From positions 20,058 through 54,127 of the forward strand of contig JAHFCY010000001.1 of the NCBI GenBank assembly GCA_023249255.1: a stretch of 34,070 nucleotides of DNA. Reading direction: 5' to 3'. Below are positions 14,798-24,183 of the stretch, in pieces. Origin of the DNA: Candidatus Lindowiibacteriota bacterium (GTDB lineage Bacteria > Lindowbacteria > 2-12-FULL-62-27). The notes below the pieces were generated by a model. The model did not search any database. It was given only the letters and a program-made list of their open reading frames with translations, and was not told the origin of the DNA. Position 1 is the first letter of the stretch, and each line of letters opens with the position of its first letter. The translations under genes were made by a program, and so were the position numbers.

Positions 14798-15886
14798 TCA
14801 GTTCCGGGCGTCCAACTTTTTCAAATTCAGAAAATCGGCGATCTCGTCCACGTCGGCCTTGAACGGTTTCGGCTCCGGAACAACCTTCAGCGCGGTCCCG
14901 GGGTCCTTCAATCCGTGGCCGGTCAGCGTGAGTACGACACGCATGCCGCGCTGAAGATACTTGTCGGCATGAAGCTGGAGCGTTCCGGCCAGCGACGCAG
15001 CCGATGCGGGCTCGGCAAAAATGCCTTCCATCCGCGCCAGCATCCGGTAGGATTCAAGAATCGCGGCGTCCGACACAGCGCGGATTTCTCCTCCGGACTC
15101 ATCCCGCGCCTTCACGGCGGATTGCCAGCTGGCAGGATTGCCGATACGGATCGCAGTCGCGATGGTTTCCGGTTTCTCAACCGGCGCGCCGTTTACGATC
15201 GGCGCGGCGCCCTCGGCCTGAAACCCGAACATTTTCGGCAGGCGGGTCGAACGCGCGGCGAACTGATATTCCTTGTATCCCATCCAGTACGCGGTGATGT
15301 TTCCGGCGTTGCCCACAGGCAGAACGTGCAGATCGGGCGCGTCGCCCAGAAGGTCGCAGACTTCAAACGCCGCCGTCTTCTGGCCAGCCAGCCTGTAGGG
15401 GTTGATCGAATTGACCAGCGTGATTTTGTATCGGGCGCTGATCGTCCGCACGATGTTCATCGCGCCGTCGAAATTGGTCGAAACAGGAAGCACGACAGCG
15501 CCGTGCAGAAGCGCCTGGGCAAGTTTTCCAAGCGCGATGGCGCCGTCCGGCAGAATCACGGCGCATTTGAGATTGGCGCGGGCCGCGTAGGCGGCGGCCG
15601 ACGCCGACGTATTTCCGGTCGAGGCGCAGAGGACCGCTGACGCGCCCTCTTCCACCGCTTTTGAAACCGCCATCGTCATGCCGCGGTCTTTGAACGATCC
15701 CGTCGGATTCAATCCCTCGTATTTGGCGTACAATTCCGATTCACAGCCGATGTGTTTTTCGATGTTTCGAAGACGCAAGAGCGGCGTGTCACCCTCACGA
15801 AGCGTGATGACAGGGGTCGATTCGCCGACCGGCAGATACGACCGGTAACGCGCGATGACGCCCTGGGCCGAACTCACAGCGATCAT
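14798..15886 (-). CDS. thrC: Threonine synthase
   Basis: The internal start at 15886 (MIAVSSAQGVIARYRSYLPVGESTPVITLREGDTPL) overlaps the hom stop as ATGA. The PLP block is NPTGSFKDRGMT. Confidence 0.9.
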   Translation of the reverse strand: MIAVSSAQGVIARYRSYLPVGESTPVITLREGDTPLLRLRNIEKHIGCESELYAKYEGLNPTGSFKDRGMTMAVSKAVEEGASAVLCASTGNTSASAAAYAARANLKCAVILPDGAIALGKLAQALLHGAVVLPVSTNFDGAMNIVRTISARYKITLVNSINPYRLAGQKTAAFEVCDLLGDAPDLHVLPVGNAGNITAYWMGYKEYQFAARSTRLPKMFGFQAEGAAPIVNGAPVEKPETIATAIRIGNPASWQSAVKARDESGGEIRAVSDAAILESYRMLARMEGIFAEPASAASLAGTLQLHADKYLQRGMRVVLTLTGHGLKDPGTALKVVPEPKPFKADVDEIADFLNLKKLDARN

Positions 15887-17166
15887 TCCGAAGTCAGCGG
15901 CTCCACTCTCAGCCGCCGCGTCTCTTCTCGAATCGTCGCCAACCGCGCAATTTCCTCGATCGCCTGGCGCACGTCCCGCTCGCAAGCTTCGAACGTCTGC
16001 ATCACGACCGGCACGGCTCCGTCAACCGGATTTCCTTTTTGCAGGCAGGCTTCAATGCTGATGCGGTTTTTCCCAAGAACCGTCGCGATCTGGCCCAGGA
16101 CACCCGGACGGTCTTCAACCGAAAACCGGAGATACCACTTGCTGACCGATTCGTCGCGGGGAACAATCCGCAGATTTGAAGAGAACGACACGGCCTTCCC
16201 GTACGACCGGCCCAGCGCGATGTCGATGAGGTCGGCCACCACCGCCGATGCGGTCGGACGGCCGCCCGCGCCCCGGCCGTAAAACATCATCTCTCCCACG
16301 CGATCACCCACGACCGTGACGGCGTTGAATTCGTTCGATACGGACGCAAGCGGATGCGCGTACGGAATCAGGGCCGGATGCGCGCGGGCTTCAATCGCAT
16401 CACCGCGCCGGATGGCCACAGCCAGAAGTTTGATCGTGTACCCAAGCTCGGCGGCATACCGCAGATCAATCAGGGACAATTTCGAAATCCCCTCGTAACT
16501 GAGCTGTTGAAACGGCATCTCAACACCGAACGCAATCCGGCACAGGAGCGTCAGCTTGTGCGCCGTGTCGGTACCCTCAATGTCGAACGTCGGATCGGCC
16601 TCTGCAAATCCGAGCCGCTTTGCCTCTTTGAGTGCCTCGTCAAATGAGAGACCTTTCTGCGTCATCTGCGTCAGAATATAATTCGCAGTGCCGTTAATGA
16701 TGCCGTACAGACGCTCGATGCGATTCGCCGCCAGCGATTCGGTGAACGATTTGATGATCGGCACACCTCCGGCGACGCCCGCCTCGAATCGAAGTTGGAC
16801 GCCACGCGAGGCGGCCAGTTTCAAGAGATCTCCGCCCTGTTCGGCGAGAAGCGCCTTGTTGGCGGTCACGACGTGTTTTTTGTTTTCGATTGCCCGGCGA
16901 TGAAATGATTTCGCCGGCTCGATGCCGCCGATCAACTCCACGACGGTTTGAATCGACGGATCATCCAGCGCCGCGGCGATGTCGTCGGTAAACCGGACCT
17001 CGGACGGCAGACGGAGTCCCTCTCGCGGCGCAAGATCCTTGTCGACGACGACTTTCAGCCGCAAATCCGCGCCGGTGCGTTCGAGAATGGACTCACGCTC
17101 GTACAGCAGGAGGCGCGCGACCTCTTTTCCGACCGTTCCAAGCCCGATCAGCGCGACGTTCAGCAT
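15883..17166 (-). CDS. hom: Homoserine dehydrogenase with a C-terminal ACT domain
   Basis: It starts MLNVALIGLGTVGKEV (NAD-binding) and contains VVTANKALLA. The C-terminal YLRFSVEDRPGVLGQIATVLGKNRISIE is ACT-like. Confidence 0.9.
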   Translation of the reverse strand: MLNVALIGLGTVGKEVARLLLYERESILERTGADLRLKVVVDKDLAPREGLRLPSEVRFTDDIAAALDDPSIQTVVELIGGIEPAKSFHRRAIENKKHVVTANKALLAEQGGDLLKLAASRGVQLRFEAGVAGGVPIIKSFTESLAANRIERLYGIINGTANYILTQMTQKGLSFDEALKEAKRLGFAEADPTFDIEGTDTAHKLTLLCRIAFGVEMPFQQLSYEGISKLSLIDLRYAAELGYTIKLLAVAIRRGDAIEARAHPALIPYAHPLASVSNEFNAVTVVGDRVGEMMFYGRGAGGRPTASAVVADLIDIALGRSYGKAVSFSSNLRIVPRDESVSKWYLRFSVEDRPGVLGQIATVLGKNRISIEACLQKGNPVDGAVPVVMQTFEACERDVRQAIEEIARLATIREETRRLRVEPLTSE

Positions 17167-17173
17167 GGTGTTC

Positions 17174-18112
17174 TCAGGTCCGGGATCCGTTCCCGAATTG
17201 CGTCAACCGTCTCAGCATTTCCAGCCGTTTTTGAATCTTGCACCAGCGCATGGCCAGAAGTCCTTTCACGCCAAATTCGCCGACGGTGAACGACGCCACC
17301 ACGCTTCCGTACGCGCACGCCTTTGCCAAAAGCGGCATCGGAATCGCGCGGCCGGAATGATTCGACTGCGCCAGGACCCCCATGAACGCGCCCGCAAAAC
17401 TGTCTCCCGCGCCGGTCGGATCACACACAGTGTCCACCGGAAACGGCGGACAAAACAGGATCCCCTCGCGGGTGCAGATCATCGATCCATGCTCGCCCTT
17501 TTTGACGATGGCCGCTTTCGGCCCGAGTTTTAACAGCGCGCGGGCCGCACGGATCAGGTTGTGCTCACCCGTGAGCGACCGCGCCTCCTGATCGTTGACG
17601 AAAAGGATGTGGAGACGCCGGAGCATTTTTCCAAGCGCCGAGCGCTTTTGGTCAATCCAGAAATTCATCGTGTCGCCGCCACTCAACGCGTGCGGCATCT
17701 GTTTGAGGACGTGAACCTGCAGATCGGGATCGATGTTCGCCAGGAACAACACGGAGCCGGACTGGTATGAAAGCGGAACTTTCGGTTGAAACCTGGCAAA
17801 TACTCCCAACTGTGTGTCGAGCGTGTGGGCCACGTTGCCGTCGGAACTGTATCGGCCCGCCCATCGAAACGACGGCCCGTCGGCCCGTTGAAGCCCTTCA
17901 AGATCGACTCCGTGGCGCCGGATGAGATTCACGTGTGTGGCCGGAAAATCGTTCCCAATAACGCCGATCATGCGGGGCCTGGCAAAAAACCGCGATGCAA
18001 GCGAAAAATAAACGGCCGCGCCGCCCAGCGCGTCCCTGTGCTTTCCGTGGGTCGTTTCGACGGTGTCGAGTGCGACCGATCCCACCACCACGAGAGGGTT
18101 CAACCGGCTCAT
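17174..18112 (-). CDS. PfkB-family sugar/nucleoside kinase
   Basis: 312 aa. The N-terminal block is GGAAVYFSLA. The C-terminal PfkB signature is DPTGAGDSFAGAFMG. Confidence 0.8.
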   Translation of the reverse strand: MSRLNPLVVVGSVALDTVETTHGKHRDALGGAAVYFSLASRFFARPRMIGVIGNDFPATHVNLIRRHGVDLEGLQRADGPSFRWAGRYSSDGNVAHTLDTQLGVFARFQPKVPLSYQSGSVLFLANIDPDLQVHVLKQMPHALSGGDTMNFWIDQKRSALGKMLRRLHILFVNDQEARSLTGEHNLIRAARALLKLGPKAAIVKKGEHGSMICTREGILFCPPFPVDTVCDPTGAGDSFAGAFMGVLAQSNHSGRAIPMPLLAKACAYGSVVASFTVGEFGVKGLLAMRWCKIQKRLEMLRRLTQFGNGSRT

Positions 18113-18681
18113 AACAGCTCCTTCGGCCAGAAATCCCGAATCATGCCCCGGTCCGTCAACTGACGTCCGTACGCAACCGCCGCCTCCCTCGAATCAAACC
18201 GGCCGAACTTGAGCCGATACCACGGAGCGCCACCTGATCCCGTCATCTGATGTTCGGCAATCTCGATTCCCGTGAGACCCTTTGATTCGAGCCGCTGTTT
18301 TTCTCTCTCGGCGTCGGCCAGTTTCTGGAACGACGACAGATACAGCGTGTATGCCGTCTTGCCGACGCTCGTCCACATCATGCGCGGCTGTTCGGCGCGA
18401 ATCTCCAATCGCTGATACGGTGTCGTTGCGCTTCGAACGTCCTTCACAGCCGTCAATCCCGTCGACTGGCGCGCACCGGGCTGATCCCTCCGGGACAGCG
18501 TCGTGCCCGAAGCCTCGCGGGAGGCGGGGACTGACGAAGGATGCGGCGCGACGGACGGCGCGGAGGAACGTTGGCCAACTTTGTAGCCGATGCCGAACGC
18601 AAAGACGATGGACAGAATGAACAGACCATAAACGGTCCCCGCCCCGGTCCCAAACCCCGGCGCGGATTTCATCCTGGACAC
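18109..18681 (-). CDS. SPOR-domain (peptidoglycan-binding) membrane protein
   Basis: It has an N-terminal TM (VYGLFILSIVFAFGIGY), then a Pro/Ser-rich linker. The C-terminus YTLYLSSFQKLADAEREKQRLESKGL...WYRLKFGRFDSREAAVAYGRQL is SPOR-like. Its stop overlaps the pfkB-like start (ATGA). Confidence 0.7.
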   Translation of the reverse strand: MSRMKSAPGFGTGAGTVYGLFILSIVFAFGIGYKVGQRSSAPSVAPHPSSVPASREASGTTLSRRDQPGARQSTGLTAVKDVRSATTPYQRLEIRAEQPRMMWTSVGKTAYTLYLSSFQKLADAEREKQRLESKGLTGIEIAEHQMTGSGGAPWYRLKFGRFDSREAAVAYGRQLTDRGMIRDFWPKELL

Positions 18682-18683
18682 GG

Positions 18684-19553
18684 CTATTCCTGCAATTTCT
18701 CGAGCAGATCTTCCACCTTGTCGAGTTCAGCCTGTGCGGCCCGAAGATATGCGTCGATGTCTGTCTGGGTTATTTTCAAAATCTTCTTGACGTCCTCGCT
18801 GATTTTCGGAACGACCAGATCGCCCGGGTCGCCACATCGCTTCTTTCGCGCAATGTAATTTCCAACATGAACCAGCGACACCAGCGTCGGACTGAAATTT
18901 GCAAGCCCCGGGTTCGGATAATAGTTGATGGCCTCGACCAGTTGAAGCGGAATTTTCCATCGTTCGGCCAGCATCGCGCCCACCCGGCAGTGGTCCGTTC
19001 CGAATATTTCCCGCTCGGCGTGATGCAGAAGCTTCTTTTCTTTCTTGGCCTTTTTGACGGCCTGCATGAACAGGTTGTGGAGATACTGGTCGAGAATCAA
19101 TTTGCCGATGCCATGCAGGATGCCGCCGATGAGACATTCCTCCGGAAGCGGATAGTTGATCCGCCGGCCGACCAGATTGGCCATCACGCCCGTCGAAATC
19201 GAATGCTCCCAGAACGCCCTGACGTCAAATCCTTCCCTGCTCTTCGTCCCGAAAATCTGGATCACCGACGCCGACAGCGCAAGACTCCGAACGGCGTTGA
19301 ATCCGAGAATCACCACCGCCTGGGTCACCGTTGAAATCTGCCTGGGAAATCCGTAAAAAGCCGAATTGACGATTTTGAGAAGCCGCGCCGCCAGCGCCTG
19401 GTCCGTCCGGATGATACGGTTGACGTCCTCGGCGGACGTCTTCGGATTTTCCATCAATTCCAGAATGCTGTTGACCACCACCGGCAGAGTCGGGACTTTT
19501 TCGACGCCGTCCAGAATGCGTTTGAACGCCTCGTTGACGCCGGCTTCGTTCAT
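18684..19553 (-). CDS. HDOD-domain signalling protein
   Basis: LPTLPVVVNSILELMENPKTSAEDVNRIIRTDQALAARLLKIVNSAFYGFPRQISTVTQAVVILGFNAVRSLALS is a classic HDOD N-terminus. The start could be ATG19553 (ATGA overlap with the coaE stop, preferred) or ATG19574. Confidence 0.8.
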   Translation of the reverse strand: MNEAGVNEAFKRILDGVEKVPTLPVVVNSILELMENPKTSAEDVNRIIRTDQALAARLLKIVNSAFYGFPRQISTVTQAVVILGFNAVRSLALSASVIQIFGTKSREGFDVRAFWEHSISTGVMANLVGRRINYPLPEECLIGGILHGIGKLILDQYLHNLFMQAVKKAKKEKKLLHHAEREIFGTDHCRVGAMLAERWKIPLQLVEAINYYPNPGLANFSPTLVSLVHVGNYIARKKRCGDPGDLVVPKISEDVKKILKITQTDIDAYLRAAQAELDKVEDLLEKLQE

Positions 19554-20161
19554 TTCGTTAGGCTGTGAAAGCATGATCGGACCTCCTGTCGAATCCGTCG
19601 GATCGGGCTTCTCATGTCAAATACAATGTCGGCTCGCCGGCGCTTGTACTCGATGCTCCACTGAGCGCGAATTCTCGCGCGGGCGGCCTGCGCGCCAAGG
19701 CCCCGGGCCCGGAGCCGGCGAATCTGAATCGCCGGAGGCGCGTACGCCACCACAATCATGTCAATCGCTATCGTCGCGCGGGCCTCGAACAACAACGGAA
19801 TATCAACCGCCACGACCGGGCTGTGACGCCGGCGATACATGCCGATCTGCCGGGCAATCTCCGTAAAAACAGCCGGGTGCACAATCCGTTCCAAACGCCG
19901 GCGCGCCACGCGATTTCGAAAAACCATCTCGCCCAGTTTCCGGCGATCAAGGCAACCCCCGGCGCTCAGGTACGACCGGCCAAACGACGCCACCACGGCC
20001 GAAAATACTTTCGTGCCGCGGCGCAGAAGCCCGTGAACAATCCGGTCGCTGTCGATTGTCGGAACGCCCATCCCGCGGAAGATCCCGAGAAGCGTGCTCT
20101 TGCCTGTGGCGATCCCGCCCGTGATACCCACAATCGTCGTTTTCGAATCGTGACCTCTCAT
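19550..20161 (-). CDS. coaE: Dephospho-CoA kinase
   Basis: It has the P-loop IVGITGGIATGKSTLL followed by IDSDRIVH, at about 200 aa. Confidence 0.85.
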   Translation of the reverse strand: MRGHDSKTTIVGITGGIATGKSTLLGIFRGMGVPTIDSDRIVHGLLRRGTKVFSAVVASFGRSYLSAGGCLDRRKLGEMVFRNRVARRRLERIVHPAVFTEIARQIGMYRRRHSPVVAVDIPLLFEARATIAIDMIVVAYAPPAIQIRRLRARGLGAQAARARIRAQWSIEYKRRRADIVFDMRSPIRRIRQEVRSCFHSLTK

Positions 20162-20206
20162 GGTCTGCTCCCAGAGCGCGTCAGACTAACAGAAGACGTA
20201 TTTTTT

Positions 20207-21151
20207 TCAATCGCCCACCGGTCCGTCGCCAAGAAATTTTTCAGCCAGACGCTTGAGTTCGAGTTTGTTGAGAATCCGCCCAAGCTTGTCGCGGTCAAAC
20301 CGCGCCGGATCAAACGGCACGGGAATCACGTCGACTTCAAGGTCGAGCCGCAGCCGAACCAGGTCCCGGCTTAAAAACGCCTCCGATCGCTGCGCCAGCA
20401 ACGCCTTCGCCGCCACCTTCGGCAGGCGAGTGAGGTTGTCATAAATCTCCTCGAGCGTCGCGTACTTGCCCAGAATTTTGACCGCGGTTTTTTCGCCGAT
20501 TCCTTTCACGCCCGGCACATTGTCCACCGCATCACCCACCAGCGCGAAAAAATCGACCATCCGATCGGGCGGCAGTCCGTATTTCTCCTTGAGTGACTTC
20601 GGATCCATCAGGACAAAGTCGTCCGGACGGCCGGACGGTCTCAAGAGCCGGATGTCGTCCGCCAGAATCTGGAAAAAATCCTTGTCGTTCGACGCGATCA
20701 CGACCCGCCGGCCCTGTCCGGCGAACGCCGTCGCAGCCGATCCGATTGCGTCGTCCGCCTCAACGCCATGAATGGCGACCTGTGGAATAGACAGCGCCGA
20801 CAGCGCCTCCTCAATCAACGGTACCTGCGATTTCAAATCCTCCGGCGTCTCCGGACGGTTCGCTTTGTAGTCGGCATAGGCGGCCAGACGCTCCTGGGGT
20901 CCGCCCCGGTCGAAAAAAACGACGAATTCCGGCGCGGCGCCGTATTTTTTTTCCACGAACGAGATGATCTTCGGAAAAATGGACAAAAATCCGTGAACAG
21001 CCGACGTCGGCTGGCCGTCCTGATTTCGAAAATCGGGCAGGGCGTAATACGCCCGGAAAATCCATGCATAGGCGTCCACGAGAACGACCGGCTCGTCTTG
21101 AAAGAGTTTGTCCATGCCCGCCACCTGATCTTTTGCGGGGACGGCCGTCAA
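20207..21151 (-). CDS. Stand-alone 5'-3' exonuclease / flap endonuclease (Pol I N-terminal-domain homologue)
   Basis: Blocks seen are VVLVDAYAWIFRAYYAL, TSAVHGFL, YKANR and SNDKDFFQIL, plus the H3TH block GDAVDNVPGVKGIGEKTAVKIL. At 314 aa it has no polymerase domain. An alternative start is at 21115. Confidence 0.85.
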   Translation of the reverse strand: MTAVPAKDQVAGMDKLFQDEPVVLVDAYAWIFRAYYALPDFRNQDGQPTSAVHGFLSIFPKIISFVEKKYGAAPEFVVFFDRGGPQERLAAYADYKANRPETPEDLKSQVPLIEEALSALSIPQVAIHGVEADDAIGSAATAFAGQGRRVVIASNDKDFFQILADDIRLLRPSGRPDDFVLMDPKSLKEKYGLPPDRMVDFFALVGDAVDNVPGVKGIGEKTAVKILGKYATLEEIYDNLTRLPKVAAKALLAQRSEAFLSRDLVRLRLDLEVDVIPVPFDPARFDRDKLGRILNKLELKRLAEKFLGDGPVGD

Positions 21152-21244
21152 GAGCTGTCCGTTGGCGATGAAGAATGGCGCGAGTCAATATCGCGGCGGT
21201 TCATTTACAATCGCCGCCTTTCAGGTAAATTCCATTTTCAACAC

Positions 21245-21463
21245 ATGCGCCGCTGGCTAAAAATCATTTTGGGATTTGTGTTATTGATTATCGGCATCAT
21301 CGGCCTCTTCACGCCCGTGTTGCAGGGAATTCTCACCATCCTGGCGGGGCTGAGCGTGCTCTCGACGGAATTTGAATGGGCCGGGCGCCTGCACAAGAAA
21401 GTGCTGGATATCATCAATCGCGTGAAGGAAAAAATAAAAAGACGGAGGGAGTCCAAACCATGA
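21245..21463 (+). CDS. Small two-TM membrane protein (PGPGW-family-like)
   Basis: This is the last 72 aa of ORF 20768..21463; the upstream part is antisense to the exonuclease gene. The sequence is MRRWLKIILGFVLLIIGIIGLFTPVLQGILTILAGLSVLSTEFEWAGRLHKKV. Its stop overlaps the next start (ATGA). Confidence 0.5.
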   Translation: MRRWLKIILGFVLLIIGIIGLFTPVLQGILTILAGLSVLSTEFEWAGRLHKKVLDIINRVKEKIKRRRESKP

Positions 21464-23013
21464 AACGAACCGGCGGATGTTTCGCCCTGCTGTCGGTCTT
21501 TGCCGCCATCCTGTTTGTCAGCCCGGCTTTCGGCGGGGCGATATCCGCTCCGACTCCGTTCGTCACAATCCGAATTCTTCACACGAACGACATCCACGGC
21601 CATGTTCTGCCCGAACCCGACCTCAAAGCCGAGACAAAACCGGCTCCGATGTTCGGCGGAGCGGCGGCGTTGGCCACCGCCATCAAACAGTTCCGGACCG
21701 AACCGGTATTCGGGCGTCCGGCGGACGTGGTGTTTTATTTTGACGCCGGAGATTTTTTTCAGGGGACGCCGGAAGGCACTCTCACACGCGGCAAATCAAT
21801 CATCGAACTTTTTCGAATTCTCGGTCTCGATGCCCAGGCTGCCGGCAACCATGATTTTGATTTCGGACCCGACGCGCTCCGTGATTTGATCGGCATGGCT
21901 GCATGGCCTGTTTTGTCGGCAAACACCCGCAGCGTTGACCGTCGATTTCCCCTTCAGCGGCACATGTGGCTGCATCCCCGGTCCGCGCAACTTCGCGTCG
22001 CGGTTTTTGGGTTGATCACGGATGACATGGCCAGCGTCACGACGGCGCAGGCCAGGCGCGGCTTCACGTTCGATCCGTCGATCGAGACATCCCGGCGGGA
22101 AGTCGCGGAATTGCGCGACAGCGCGGACCTCGTCATTGCACTGACCCACGTCGGCGCGCTCCAGGACAAAAAAATTGCTGATACGGTAGCCGGGATCGAC
22201 GTCATCGTCGGCGGCCATAGCCACACGTCGCTCTCTCCATATTATAGAAGCGATACGACCGGCACGGTCGTGGTCCAGGCCGGCAGTTATCTGCGGGATC
22301 TGGGAGTGCTGGATATTCTGTATAACCGCCAGACTCGCAAAATCGTTCCTCCTGATCCCGCCACCCGGGACTGGAGCGAGCGGCTTGGAAAGCAGATTGG
22401 CGCCCTCCTCGACGAAAAAGTGGCGGCGGCGGACAGCGATTATTTCCGCGCTTCCGACACCGAATGCGTACCCGGAAATCTCCTGGCCGACGCAATGCGC
22501 TGGGCCACGAAAACGGAGGCGGCGTTTCAAAACAGCTACGGCGTCCGCGCCGATCTTCCGGCGGGCAACATCACGCTCCGCACGCTCTTTACGATGATGC
22601 CCTTCGATAATACGATTGTGTCCATGACGCTTTCAGGACAGCAAATTTTCGATCTGCTTGAACAGAGCGCAGCGCTCGACCGGGGTTTTTTGCAGATGTC
22701 CGGCCTTCACGTCGAGGTCGATCTGTCCCGGCCCCGCGGCGAACGGGTTCTCAACGCCGGGATTGCGGGCAACCCGATCGATCTCAAACGATCCTATCGT
22801 GTCGCCACCAATTCATTTCTGGCCGAAGGCGGCGATTTGTTCGACACGTTTGCGCGCGGGACGAACCGCGCTGACAACGGCCAGAATCTGCGTGATGTCG
22901 TTCGCGACTATTTGAAAGCTGTCACTCGTCCGTCCGGCGGCGTTTTTTCCGGCCGGATCGAAGGCCGGATCGTTCAGCGCAGACTATCCGCCGCGACACT
23001 GCCGGCCCACTGA
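21460..23013 (+). CDS. Secreted 5'-nucleotidase / metallophosphoesterase (UshA family)
   Basis: The internal start ATG21460 follows the SD GGAGGGA. It has a signal peptide (MKRTGGCFALLSVFAAILFVSPAFG). Metallophosphatase motifs are ILHTNDIHGH, DAGDFFQGT, GNHDFDFG and GGHSHT. A C-terminal nucleotidase block (ATNSFLAEGGDLF) is also present. Confidence 0.8.
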   Translation: MKRTGGCFALLSVFAAILFVSPAFGGAISAPTPFVTIRILHTNDIHGHVLPEPDLKAETKPAPMFGGAAALATAIKQFRTEPVFGRPADVVFYFDAGDFFQGTPEGTLTRGKSIIELFRILGLDAQAAGNHDFDFGPDALRDLIGMAAWPVLSANTRSVDRRFPLQRHMWLHPRSAQLRVAVFGLITDDMASVTTAQARRGFTFDPSIETSRREVAELRDSADLVIALTHVGALQDKKIADTVAGIDVIVGGHSHTSLSPYYRSDTTGTVVVQAGSYLRDLGVLDILYNRQTRKIVPPDPATRDWSERLGKQIGALLDEKVAAADSDYFRASDTECVPGNLLADAMRWATKTEAAFQNSYGVRADLPAGNITLRTLFTMMPFDNTIVSMTLSGQQIFDLLEQSAALDRGFLQMSGLHVEVDLSRPRGERVLNAGIAGNPIDLKRSYRVATNSFLAEGGDLFDTFARGTNRADNGQNLRDVVRDYLKAVTRPSGGVFSGRIEGRIVQRRLSAATLPAH

Positions 23014-23014
23014 C

Positions 23015-24181
23015 ATGAAACGGGTTTTGCTTGGCGTCAGCGGAGGCATCGCGGCCTACAAAATTCCGGAACTGGTCCGACTCCTCGTCAAGTCAGGCTG
23101 CTCCGTCAAAACCATCCTGACCGATTCCGCGGCCCATTTTTGCGCGAAAGACGCCATCGCGGCGCTCTCGGGAGATTCCGTCTACACGGGAGTTTTTGAG
23201 CCGGTGTTTCTCGATGAAGGGCACACCGAGCTGGCGAAATGGCCTGATGTAATTGTCGTCGCGCCGGCAACGGCCAACACGATCGCCAAACTCGCCCTGG
23301 GGGTCGCGGATAACCTCCTCACGACAACGTATCTCGCGTCGGCGGCGCCCAAACTCATCGTGCCGTCCATGAACACCCGGATGTACGACGCGGATGCTCT
23401 GCAAAAAAATCTATCGGAAATGCGCGCCGGGGGCGCCCTGACGATGCCGCCCGACGTCGGAGATCTTGCCTGCAGAACGTATGGTGTGGGACGCATGCCC
23501 GAGCCGGCGAACATCATCGAGGCCGCCTTTCGCGCCTCGGGATCGCGCCCGCTGGACGGCAAACGCGTGATCATCTCCGCCGGCGCGTCTGTCGAATCAA
23601 TCGACGACGTGAGGACCATCACGAACCGGTCCAGCGGAAAAATGGGCGCGGCTCTCGCGCGCGCGGCGTATCGGCTTGGCGCGGATGTGACGTTGATTCT
23701 GGGACGCGCTGCGGTATGCCCTCTGCCGCCGGTTAAAATCATCCCGGTCGAGTCGATTCGGGACTTTCGGGAGGCCTACGCCGAAACACAGCCGTACGCC
23801 GATTATCTGATCGCAACCGCAGCAATCGGAGATTTTGTCCCGGCAAAAAAAATCAAAGGCAAAATCCGGCGCGGAAATCTCCCTCTGCGCCTGGAACTTT
23901 CACCGTCGCCCGATTTGATCGCCGAGGTCGCGCGGAAAAAACAACACGGCCAGACCATCGTCGGTTTCGCGCTCGAATCCGAACTGAACGAACGGGCCGC
24001 GCGCCAAAAACTTCGTGAAAAAAAACTCGACGCCATCTTCCTCAATTCCGCCGCCGCGATGGGCGCGGATCGAAACGGAGGGGTCGCCCTGAGCGCCGCC
24101 GGCGACCGCCGCGTCTTTCGAACGGTTTCGAAATTGGACCTTGCCGGACAGCTCTGGTTGTGGCTAATCTCCCTGAACTGA
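23015..24181 (+). CDS. coaBC: Bifunctional phosphopantothenoylcysteine decarboxylase / phosphopantothenate-cysteine ligase
   Basis: The flavoprotein N-terminus reads VLLGVSGGIAAYKIPELVRLL...VVAPATANTIAKLALGVADNLL. The CoaB half contains ITNRSSGKMG and AAIGDF. Confidence 0.9.
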   Translation: MKRVLLGVSGGIAAYKIPELVRLLVKSGCSVKTILTDSAAHFCAKDAIAALSGDSVYTGVFEPVFLDEGHTELAKWPDVIVVAPATANTIAKLALGVADNLLTTTYLASAAPKLIVPSMNTRMYDADALQKNLSEMRAGGALTMPPDVGDLACRTYGVGRMPEPANIIEAAFRASGSRPLDGKRVIISAGASVESIDDVRTITNRSSGKMGAALARAAYRLGADVTLILGRAAVCPLPPVKIIPVESIRDFREAYAETQPYADYLIATAAIGDFVPAKKIKGKIRRGNLPLRLELSPSPDLIAEVARKKQHGQTIVGFALESELNERAARQKLREKKLDAIFLNSAAAMGADRNGGVALSAAGDRRVFRTVSKLDLAGQLWLWLISLN

Positions 24182-24183
24182 CC

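Noticed and set aside
15887-15985. Over-extended ORF-track N-termini: thrC to 15985, gatB from 26774, pssA from 32378, ilvN from 30222, the 5'-nucleotidase from 21376 and GT2 from 24160
   Set aside because: In each case the conserved family N-terminus begins at an internal ATG that has an SD and/or forms an ATGA overlap with the upstream stop. The extensions overlap the preceding gene and are Arg-rich.
21192-21218. GC stem GCGGCG...CGCCGC with a 13-nt loop in the exo / small-membrane-protein divergent gap
   Set aside because: No upstream gene on either strand would terminate there and no proper T-tract follows. It is probably incidental.
20768-21244. Upstream 159 aa of the 231-aa + strand ORF 20768..21463
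   Set aside because: It is antisense to the 5'-3' exonuclease gene and Arg-rich. Only the last 72 aa, from ATG21245 in the intergenic region, look like a real two-TM membrane protein.
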